DNA of 63,309 nucleotides, filler included, from Reticulomyxa filosa (Eukaryota; Protista; Foraminifera): assembly GCA_000512085.1 (NCBI GenBank). It is 13 parts of 13 records of this genome, joined end to end, with 100 filler letters (N's around TTAATTAATTAA, not from the genome) between each part and the next. Parts side by side here need not be neighbours in the genome. Positions count along the whole stretch, not along the records: positions 51,990 to 61,670 come from ASPP01019110.1; positions 61,771 to 63,309 come from ASPP01045020.1; 11 more parts are not named here. The stretch is one strand, 5' to 3'. Shown piece after piece: positions 52,708 through 63,309 of this stretch (its first letter is position 1; each line of letters starts with the position of its first letter). The notes under the pieces were generated by a model, which was not told where the DNA came from, did not search any database, and saw only the letters and a list, made by a program, of their open reading frames with translations. The position numbers were made by a program, and so were the translations under genes.

Positions 52708-53835
52708 TACTACCAAAAGATAGACCAAAATACAAAGTGTACTATCCAAAAGTATAAACTACAAAAATAAAACCAGTCTCAAACTCTTTCGTCTAGAGTC
52801 ATCAATGATTGAAAACCTCTTACCTATTTGAAAATATAAAATGTATTATAGTACTCATTTATATATTTAAAAAAAAAATTTGCTTAACATATTTGGCAAT
52901 AATTTTATTAAAATCAATTTCATACAATAAATTTCAAAAGTTGCAAGGAAGTTTACCAACAGTATATATATCAATTCATTTGCATTTGTCTTCATATGCT
53001 TTGATACGTTTTCTCCTTTATCATTAGTTCTCCCAATGATATGCATATGCGAGACGAAATTTAAAAAACTTGAGCAAAGTTCTGTTCTACTCCGTTTTTT
53101 TAAAATCTCTTTTCCGTTTTTTTCTTTTGGAAAAAATTGCAGACAGCTTTGCAACAAAGTCATTACATATGATTAGGATGCTAATTTGCAATGTATTGTG
53201 CAAGTGTTTAAAGAGAGTTGAGAAGTTTTTCAAAAACGCACAAAGACAAGCAAAGTGTAATAGACATGGTCAAAGTGTTGTCTTTGACAAACAAGCAGAA
53301 GCAACAATAAACAGGGGGTAAATGGACCCGAAGTTATTTTAAATGGCCCAATGTTCGTCAAATATAAAAAAAAAATCAAAATCAATAAATATAAATGTAA
53401 AATAAACTACATAATAAGTTATTAATAAATTGGAATACAATTGATCTAATTACAGAACCTTGAACTCCATGGTTCACCCTTTTTTTTTGATACAAAAAAA
53501 AAATTGGCTTCGGATTTTGTATGCGTTTCTATAATTTCTCGAAGTTCATTTGTAAGTATCTGTTTTGTGATAATCATTAAATATATTCAATTCCACTTGT
53601 TTTACAAAGACGACAAACATGTCATAAATTACACATTTCCTTTATGTGCAGAAGTTGTTTTTAATTAATCTTTCTATTTAACAAAAAAAAGAGAAAAAAT
53701 TTGGTAAATTTCATAGTTATGAGACAAAAAGAGATGAATAAAAAAATAAAATCAAAGCCATGTTTAAAAAAGACATTATTTAATTGTGCTTCTTCATTGA
53801 AAAAATCAATTGTCTCTATATGTCAAAAATTTATT

Positions 53836-55067
53836 TCATCTACTATATTTTATGATAAATTTATCAAAATCATCAATCCATCCAATTTTTATTTCTGAAG
53901 TTTGAATATAATAATGAATAATACATTTCAGTTCATTGTTTGACTGTTCATTATTTATTATTTGTCAATCAGTTTCATGCAATATAATTTATTTGTGTTT
54001 CATAAAAATAAATAAGAAATCATTACCAACAGTGAATGGTCCCATGTACGCGCATTAGTTTTCATGTGAGTTGATACAATCATCGTGTCATGATTTTGTC
54101 CTCCAATGATGTGTATATGATTATCTTCTTCACTCAATATTGCAACACAATTTTTTAATGGACTGGGTAAAGTATTTTGAAATGTCATCCATTTGTTTTC
54201 TCGAATTGAGTACTTGTACACTGATTTCGAAGCATTACGATAATCCCATCCACCAAAGAAGAATATGACATCATTGATGCGCACATATCCATAACTATTG
54301 AGTAGTGCAATATCATTACAAACAGATAGTTGATGAAATTGAAAAGTGTTGTTATCTTCATCATATTCAATTGACAACCCTCCTCGAAAAGAAAATAACA
54401 GCATTTGATAATTTTGTTTATTTTTTTCTTGATCTGTTTTAATCATTTCTTGTCCTTGTCCATTTTCTGAAATTGATACAAAGCAATGACAACTAAAAGA
54501 ATAAGCTAGTAACTTATCTTGTTTAATACATTGAAATGTATTTAAATCAAACACGCTAATATTATTGTAACAAGTGACAAATAACAAATGATTGTTGCTC
54601 CCACCAATCACTGCACGCACTCCAATATAACTGTGATTTTGATCTCTTCCAATGATAACTGGATGATTGTGATTGTCGGTGAAAGGGACCCATTGATTGT
54701 AATTGTTCAATTCATTTGATTTGTTGGACATATTACTCCAAACACTTATATATTTCATCATAAATGTATGTCTTTTTACAAATTCATTTCCACCAAAAGA
54801 CAACAAAGTGGTTTCATTGCTGTCTTTGTTGTTATTCACCAGCTTCACTACAGAGTGTCCATATAATCTAACATCACTTGGATACTCACAGATAAACTTG
54901 TATTCGTTTTTGAGCGTATGATAAGAATAACAAGCTCTTTCAAAAAAACCTCCACAAATGAGGAGTTCGTGTTTGTGTAGCACACATTGGGTTTGATGAA
55001 GTGGAATGGGCAAATTCTTTAAATTTTGAAAGATTTGCTTACTCATGTTATTACTGTTGATCATCAA
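53836..55067 (-). CDS. Kelch-repeat beta-propeller protein (paralogue of 23430-24696), 2 exons
   Basis: 355-aa ORF colinear with the first copy; same intron after WDHSLL; second exon SNNELKCIIHYYIQTSEIKIGWIDDFDKFIIKYSR*. Confidence 0.87.
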
Positions 55068-55626
55068 TTAAGTTTAGATTTTTTTAAAGGGGAGGTGGGA
55101 AAAAAAACGCTTTTTGAACAATAGAATTTAATTTTTTTTCAAAAAGAGTTATTACATTGCGACTTAATTTTAAAAGTGAATTTGACTGACAGAAATTGCT
55201 CAAACAACCACTCGGTAAAGTTCATCCTACTTTATTTATAACATCAGTCGCATCCTAAATACATGAGTTACGTGTGTAATCGTTTAAAAAATTACTTTGA
55301 AGAATAATATCGATAATTCGAAATTGGAGTTCGTCATCATCGAAATTGCTTTAATGAACTTTAAGATAACTGCTGTGAGAAATCTAAGAAAGAGTGAGAT
55401 TTTTTTTTTGTTTTTCCCTTCATTCCATTGCAGAAAGAGCAAAGCATAAAAATAATGGTACAACTTGAGTATTGCTGCACTATTCTCACTGAATCTTGCG
55501 TTTCACTTTTGAACATCTCCCAATTTTTCTTTTCCGTCCGTTTGGACGCTAAATTAAAGTGTGCAAATGCTTTCAAAAACGCACAAGCGACAAATCAACT
55601 GATCCCTTATGACAGTATTAAAGTAT

Positions 55627-55830
55627 TCACATAATGTTCATGTCCATTGAAAACATGTAATACTTTGGATGTTTCAACATCCCATAAATAAATACCAAAA
55701 CACAAATATCAACCACAATTAAATGATGAAAATTCAATGCAAACACTGTCATTATGTCCTTTGAGTATTTGTAACTGTTGATTATCTTTGATATCCCAAA
55801 AGCGAATAGTATCGTCACCCGAGAAGATAA
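55627..55830 (-). pseudogene. WD40-repeat relic
   Basis: GDDTIRFWDIKDNQQLQILKGHNDSVCIEFSSFNCG*YLC...LWDVETSKVLHVFNGHEHYV. Confidence 0.8.
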
Positions 55831-56282
55831 TGGTTTGAATTTTTTTTTCCTCGAAGGTGCTTCAAAACACTTGACGACATGAAAATAGAACTGATAATGT
55901 CCGCGGCTTCTCTTCAATAAAAGAACAATTTGTTCGAAATGACTATGATGCGGATATTTGACATTCTAAAAGCATCAATAAAAATTTTGAAAGTTTAAAA
56001 TATAAAGTGAAATATAATTGATTTTATTGATTGAATGCAAGCACGATTTCTTTATTTAGTAGCTATACTTTTTATACTATACTGAACTAGAGGAAACGAA
56101 TTTTAGATTTTTTCAGACAGAAGTACATTTGTTCAATTGTGAGTAGATAATTTTGACCAAAGTGATAATACAAAATAATATTTTCAAAGCAAAAACAAAA
56201 AATCAAGTAATAATGTAACAAAAACGTGTTGACGTGCTATTGAACAAATTATTGCGTATACATCATCATATTCTTTTTTATG

Positions 56283-56570
56283 TACAATATTATCTGCATC
56301 AGATGATAAAAGTGTTCGTTAGTGGGATGTTCGATCTGGTTAACAAATTCGAGCGTTCAATGGATATACAACGTATGTGTATGCTGTCGAAGATACACTA
56401 TTTGTAGTTAAGAGTATTACAGAAGTTGGCTATATTTCAAATATGATATGTTCTGGGTTATATGATAATACAATTCGATTTGTGATGTTCGATAAAATAA
56501 GAAAGAAGTATACGTAACCAAAGGGAATTCCAAAAAAGATTACGGAATAGTGTATTAAATTTCTTCAATC
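56283..56570 (+). pseudogene. WD40-repeat relic
   Basis: TILSASDDKSVR*WDVRSG*QIRAFNG...MICSGLYDNTIRF, homologous to 35100-35545. Confidence 0.85.
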
Positions 56571-56902
56571 AAAAAAAAAGCGATGACTGCCTTTATGATG
56601 TGGTTTTGAGCAGTTGAAAAAATCGATAAAAATCTAAAATAATAAGTTCAACAAAAAAAAGACCAAAGCGATTAGATTTAGAGATGACACAAGCAAATAA
56701 AGACTCCCTTTAATTGATAATTCATTAATATTTACTTTTTTTTTATAAATGTTCAAATGAAATTTGAGTAAAACAATAAAAGGAAATAAAACTTCAAATT
56801 GTGTTATGATTTTTGCTCGATTGGCGTATATCAAGGAATTTCATGGGCACAGCGACTATTTTTTAAAAAAGGATTGATTCATATGCATCTAAGTTTAGCA
56901 CT

Positions 56903-59733
56903 ATGCTCACGCAACTGCAACAAAATTTCTCTAGGATAGACAGAGAAGTAGTTTTAGAGGCATGGAGCTACTGTAATGAAAACATTGCCGAAGCAAAGAT
57001 TCTCTTGACCTTAATTACAGAAAATGCGTTACAAGAAACTTTAATATTTGCTGGGTTTTTTTTTTTTTTGGAAAAGTAATTACGAAAATATTGCTTGTAT
57101 AGCAAAACTTTGGGACAGCAAAGTCATTTAATGAACTTATTCAACCAATTTGGTAATAAAGTAGAAAGGGTAACAATATTACAAACTTGGAAAAATTTCA
57201 GCCAAATTTATTGTGAGACAAGGGAGAAATTAAGAGAGATTTGTTCCACTTACGACATCAATGAGTTAACATTTTTATGAAAAGATTTAATGTTAAAAAG
57301 CAATGAACAAAATTATTTTGGATGGCCTGAACCATTATAGATTGAAAGAAAGTAATGAAATAAAAATAATGAGAGAAATGTGTTTACACATATTATGGAA
57401 CATTCTGAAACATCCTAAAAAAATTAAATATCGTCAGATTAGTAATCAAGGCTTATATGACAATTTAAAGCGTAAATGTTATCGACTAGGCACGAATGTA
57501 GATCAAATATTTGACGTTATGAAATATAACTTATTCCAGTTTAAGTTCGAAAAGAGAAATGATGAAAATTGGTATTGTTTCCACAACAATGATATTCAAC
57601 TATTATTGTTATGGAAATGTTATAAGGCATTCGTGAATGAACAAAGAATGTATTATGTTTATTTATTTATTTTTTATAATAAGATAGCAAATGTTACAAA
57701 CAGTGACTTTAAAATAGAGTATTTAACTGGGGAAAAAATACAGATACAAAACAAGATACGATATTCCAGAAAGGGTGATTATGTTGAAAGATGACAAATG
57801 GAGAGAATATGAAATTGCATTTGATTATCAACACCGAACAATTATGCTATTAAGCATTAATGAAAATGAAGATAAAGAAAAAAGTAAATTAAAAATAGAG
57901 CCACTGCAAGTTGGAAATCCAAACAAATCATCATTAGAATTCAATGTTCATATTCAATGGTATAATGATCTCAATAATGTTAATGACACACATGCCAAGT
58001 GGGCCTGTCTAATCCTTAATCATACTTGGTGCTTTCGTACGCTTGATTTTTTTGATAGATCTGATTTATCAAATTGCTGTTCAGTTAATCGATGCATTGC
58101 ATTGATTGGACCTCTTTTGTGATAAAACGATCACAATATATAAACGCAGGAGTTTAACTCTTTCTGCGTCAATTCAAAAGATGGACATATGCGGACACAC
58201 AAAGAACCATTGAATCCTTATTCAATGACTTTGAAACAGGGAATTCAGCGTTTCAAAGATAAGTTGCAATTGCTTCAACATTTTATGTTTGGAGCGGATG
58301 AATTTTTATATTTTGAGTGTGAATTTGACAAATGCGAGCCATCAATACCAGCAAATATGAGTGATGGAGATGTATTGTTACATGACATTTACAAACACCT
58401 TCCTCATTATCCATCCATTCATGTGTGTTGGAAAATAAAAGGAGACTTGATAGTTCCCTATAAGCACACCATTGATACAGAAAGAGCCAACTCACCAAAC
58501 ATTGTTGACTTTGATGATGAATTTATTTCATCTAATGAAAAACCTACATTCAATCCATTCTTGTATGAGTGTGACGTTTATAGACTCAGGACTATCAAAG
58601 ATATAATATATTTAAAAATGACAAGAAGCAATGAGTTGAAGAAGTTATTGCATGAAGTAATACAGAATGGTTATTTGAGTGACTTAATCACATTTCAATA
58701 CACAGAAAATAAACACAAAAAAAACCAGCTTCATGAAATTATCAAACAACAAATTAATTTTAATGAAGTAAATCCAAATGAATTGATATTAAATGATAAA
58801 ATATTAACAATATTAAATGAAGTGAAAATATTGTATCATGATGATATTCATAAACAAATGGGATATACACTTCAATTATATCATATTTGTGCAGTTTTAT
58901 TGTATTGTGGTAGATCATGTAATGTTCAATTCAGCTATGATCAAATACAATTTAGACATTATAAATGGCCTTATTTGGACAAATCTTTGCAAGGGGCTGT
59001 TATGATACTTCATTCACATGAAAGAAGAGAAGAAGATAGTACAGAATTATATTGTGGATTGAAAAATGTTCGATTGGAGAATATTAAAGAAATAAAATCA
59101 GGATGTTTCATAAGTCATGTAAGTACTTCTGATGATATTCAAGTCGCACAAACGTATAGAACTGACCAAGGATGTATTTTACATTTTCATCCTTCTATGA
59201 GACGATCCGATGGAATATGGAGCTTTGATGTATCATGGATGTCTCCATTCAAACATGAACGTGAAATTTTATTTTCAAGGCCTGGAATAAGCTTTATTAA
59301 AGATGAGAAAACACATAAAGAATTATCAGGATGGAACGCAAAAGTAGAGAGCGAAGATGAACATACACAAATGATTTTGCTGACATGGACAGAGTATGAC
59401 AAATTTATACAACAGGCGATGCAAATTAGTGCAATATGGAATTATTCTATTGACTTGAATATTATTTATTTGCTGTTAAAGAGCAGCAAAGGGAGCATAG
59501 ATAAAAAAGTGCAACTTTTATTTGAATTTGAAGAATGGAAATTGAAAAATAGCAATGAGCAAAAATACATAAAGAAGATTAATGAATTTGTGGAACGACG
59601 GTGCTGCAATCACAGTGTCAACTTATTTTTTATGTTTCTTCACGAAAACGAAATAAACGAAGCATTCGAAAGTGCACAAATATTTACTGTCAGAAAGGGC
59701 TTACCCTTTGTCGAAAAGGATAAGATGATATAA
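56903..59733 (+). CDS. CUE-like x2 - PUB - uncharacterised - ADP-ribosyltransferase-fold protein, 5 exons
   Basis: Four in-phase GT-AG introns join the exons. PUB motif ILWNILKHPKKIKYRQI...LFQFKFE; ART motifs LYCGL (59047-), FISHVSTS (STS 59122-59130), GCILHF, DVSWMSPFKHEREILF (ExE 59257-59265). Confidence 0.8.
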
Positions 59734-61349
59734 TATTATTCTTTGTCCCAGTCCCTTTAAGTTATAACAGTGTTTATTTCTTCACTAAAAGTGTTATCAG
59801 AGTTTTTTGCTTGTCTCTTTCTTTTGATGTTATTCGTTATGGAAAATTTAATACTCGTAGTTTCGTTTTCGTCAGTAATCAGCACTCTCTTATTTGTACT
59901 AATTTTCATATAAACATCTGTATGGTTTAAAGACAAGTTTTGAAGTTTTATACTCCTTGCTTAATAAAAAAAAGTAATTTTCAGTTCCATTTAATTTACT
60001 CGATCATTAAGGATTCCAAGTAACAAAAAAAATGTGATAATAAAATCGCAAAGCAAACACACGAATGTTTTATTTGCTCCGGTTGGTTGGACTACAACAA
60101 CACTGGTAATCGAAAACCCTTAACATCACATATTAACTTCATACCATTACAATATTGGTATTAACTTACTTTTTTTCATCAAACAGTACTTTGTGGACAT
60201 AAAACAATTTTTGTTTGTGTACTTGTCAATATACAGTTATGAAATGCTTTGATTTTTTAAAAAAAAGGACTAGCTCCACATTATTGCAACTTTTGTTCTG
60301 CTGTCAACCAGACTATTTTTGGACAGCATTTGGCCCATCTGAATTTATCAGTTTGGAAACTCGAGATTTTTTTTTATTTGGTAAGTACATATTTAAAACT
60401 TTTTTGAAAGAATAATTTTGTGGGCTTGTCTTAAAAAAAAGGATTGTCTGGTCGCGCTTTTTCTAATTAGAATTATTTGGCTTAGAAAAGGCGATCTTAT
60501 GTTGAAAATGTGTTGGTTATATTTGGACTATTTATGGAATGTCTTAGCTTATCCAATGAATTTTCTATTTATGGAAATGATCCAAGGAGCAACAACATAT
60601 TGGCCATATTTTCTACAACTACTTCTGGTATTGTTCCAGGTTTTAAAAAAAATGCTTTGAACGTAAAGTCTTGGTTTCCTAATTGTATTGTACGTACGTG
60701 TAAACTATTTTTAAACAGAAATTAGTGTTTGTACGTATTTTTTTTTTGAAAAATAGAAATGAATGTTTTTGTTGTTATTGCCTTAATAAATAATTTTTTT
60801 TGGCCCAATTTTGTGTGCTTTTTATTGCTGGATATTATGTTTTAGTAATTGATGTTTTTTTTGACTTTGACTTTTATTTTGAATAATAACTAAAAAAAAA
60901 AGAACATGAATCAGTTCAATCAGTACTGTCCAAATGTCATAACAAATGTTTTTTTTCTGAAAATAAAAAATGATGACCTATAGACGTTCTTGAGTTTTTG
61001 AAAATTGGGTCATTTTTTGTGGTTTGTGGGTCATTTTTGAACCGATTTTGATAAAAAAAGCACTTTTTTCCAAAAAAAAATTTCCAAAAGTGTTTTATGG
61101 GGGGATGTTGTTAAAATTTTTTTATGTTGGTTTTTTTAATGCTTCTTTTTTGACGACAAAGAATAAAGCTTCAGTGGCCTTTGCTCACAGAAAAGAAAAG
61201 ATTAAGTAAATCATGTAAGTAAATATGCGATTGACGACATTAGGGAAGTTGTCTCAACGACAGAAGAAGCAAAGACAGAACTGGACGACTTAACTATTGA
61301 GCCAATCGTCAAAAAAAGATCAAGTAATTGATTGGCAATTATGTTGTTC

Positions 61350-61620
61350 ACGTAGTCGAACACAAGACTGTATAATTGAAAAAATATTAATGAAAAGAAT
61401 ATATTTCTTCACAGCAACTGCCGAGAATGAAATTATGCGATACATTAATGAAAAATTGCCCACGTTGCTTTAGACTATGAAGATCAATTGAAGAAAGCTG
61501 ACACCTCCATCAAACTGGAACAAAACTACGACTTTCCTGATGGCCAAGTCATAACAGTTGGTGCTAAGCGATCCTGATGCCAAGAAGTTTTATTCAAATC
61601 AAACTTCATTTGATTAGAAA
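61350..61620 (+). pseudogene. Actin pseudogene fragment (about residues 185-270)
   Basis: KILMKRIYFFTATAENEIMRYINEKL/VALDYEDQLKKADTSIKLEQNYDFPDGQVITVGAKRS*CQEVLFKSNFI*LE. Confidence 0.9.
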
Positions 61621-61670
61621 CCTCGATTGCGAAATGAAGCCAAAAAAGGGTTTTTTGTGAGAAAAAAAAA

Positions 61671-61770
61671 NNNNNNNNNNNNNNNNNNNNNNNNNNNNNN
61701 NNNNNNNNNNNNNNTTAATTAATTAANNNNNNNNNNNNNNNNNNNNNNNNNNNNNNNNNNNNNNNNNNNN
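61671..61770. other. Artificial contig spacer
   Basis: 44 N + TTAATTAATTAA + 44 N. Confidence 0.98.
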
Positions 61771-62632
61771 TATGTGTAAAGACAACTAAACAGCCACAAT
61801 TATATTTTCCTATTTATTGTGGTCCTTTAATTGGAACAAATACTTTTTCATCTTTCTCTTCAGTTTTAGTGCTGAAAAATTCAACAATCCTTATTTTTCT
61901 TTTGATCTGTATCCCAAGCAAGATGACTGTTATTTTTTGGTTATCTTTTGAAAAAAACTTTGCTGCTACAACACATCAATTTTCTAATGGTCTCTTCTTT
62001 TTTAAAATAATATTGTAAATTAATGGAAAATCCCAAGTATTTGCTTGTCAATGAAAGATTTGAAAAAAGCAATGATTTCTTCACTAAAATCGAGACAGTG
62101 CACTTATCCAAAAAGTTCAAACTTTATCTTTGTATATTTTGAGATAATCGCTCCTTTGATTAAAACAAACAACTGTTTCAACAAAAAATTGTAATGGAAA
62201 TTTTTAAATACGTATATTGTAGTTTTTTATTTCAGTTTATCAATTTATGCTGTGGTTTTCGCAAAATCGCAGAACTATAAAAGAGAGATATTTGAAGTAC
62301 AATATAAAGTCCAATGTATTACTGCACATAACTACAAATGAAATCATAAACATATTTGCAAAATAAAACATTTAAGTAGTATTGCGAAATAATTGAAAGT
62401 AGTTTTATCTAATACAAGAATAAATAAATATCCGCAGGCATTTCCTTAGAAATTTCGTGAGAACAATTTTTGATTTTTATAACGTTGATCAACATTTTAA
62501 AGTGCTTAAATTGTAATTTTTCTTGTGGAAATCCACTTGACTGGCTGTGACAACTCACTGACAAGTCTCAACACCACAAAGAAAAAAAATGCCGACAAGC
62601 AATCACGAGGTAAACTCGAACAAAACAAATAC

Positions 62633-63309
62633 TCAAAAAATATGGAGAACTTTTTTATTTCCGAAACGGTCCTTTTCATTCTGTTTGACGCAACGGTTTA
62701 ATTCCGTCAAAAAGTTTCGTGCTTCAGAGTAGTTCGTATGCTTGTTCGTCTCGGTGACGATGCATTCTTTAAATTTTTTGAACTCCTTCTGAAAAAACTC
62801 GTCTGGAATTTTAGCGAATAGCCTGATCAATTGCGGATATTTGGCAAAACATTCACAAAGATTGTAATTGTTCCTTATTTGCTCCTCATATTTCAAGTTG
62901 TTACCCAAATGCCGCCGTACCTCTTCAACAGAGATCGATTGTAATACATAATGATAAAAACAGTGACCATGTCGAGACTCTATAAGCGTTTTAAATTCAT
63001 AAATTAGAGGACTGTCCATGACTAACAACATCTTACAAAAATGATGCTGGTCGATAAATGTATTGACCCTATTCACCAAGCCGTGAGCTTGTGAAGGGTT
63101 ACGTAGGTTATCCAAAACCACCAACATTCGTTTATGCTGGGCAATCTTGTTCAATTCCTCAAATACGTGCAAATCCTTTTCTTCGTCAAAGTCAACGTAT
63201 TTCACACCGGCCGAAAACGTTGAGTTATGTTCATTCGAAATGTAATCCACCAGGGTTCTAGCAAGATGGCTAGTTCCTTTTTTTGAGAGCGGATCCAACT
63301 ATTAACAAG
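62633..63309 (-). CDS. STAND (NB-ARC-like) P-loop NTPase domain, 5' partial
   Basis: GTSHLAR (Walker A-like), FSAGVKYVDF, RMLVVLDN (Walker B), KMLLVMDS (sensor 1), LQSISVEE and AKYPQLIRL (GxP-like) occur in canonical order. Confidence 0.6.

Noticed and set aside
1-63309. CRISPR arrays, rRNA/tRNA genes, intact transposons, prokaryotic operons
   Set aside because: None seen. The repeats present are coding microsatellites or homopolymers, and the genes are intron-containing eukaryotic ones.

Overview
Eukaryotic, AT-rich, intron-containing genomic DNA, not prokaryotic. It consists of 13 assembly fragments joined by 12 identical artificial 100-nt spacers (44 N + TTAATTAATTAA + 44 N, stops in all six frames). 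At least one junction demonstrably joins unrelated genes, so cross-spacer synteny should not be trusted. The expanded Kelch, WD40, TRAF-like, NACHT and ART families, poly-Asn tracts and short introns resemble the foraminiferan Reticulomyxa filosa (inference from family recognition). Recognisable housekeeping genes: ISD11/LYRM4 (missed by the ORF track), a choline/ethanolamine phosphotransferase, VPS54, a transgelin-like CH protein, a SAPS/PP6 regulatory subunit, a Diaphanous-like formin, a Utp12-domain protein, MAEA/Fyv10, an Sfi1-like protein and a RasGEF-like terminal exon. Lineage-expanded, possibly defence- or ubiquitin-related content: two intact Kelch paralogues plus a pseudogene, three WD40 relics, a NACHT pseudogene, a STAND-like NTPase, a RING/TRAF protein and a head-to-head pair of 7TM receptor-like paralogues. 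The most striking candidate is a 5-exon gene (56903-59733) fusing CUE-like modules and a PUB (p97/Cdc48-binding) domain to a toxin-type (R-S-E class) ADP-ribosyltransferase fold. Introns are unusual: mostly GTT donors and A-rich rather than pyrimidine-rich acceptors. All domain calls are by eye; no searches were run.
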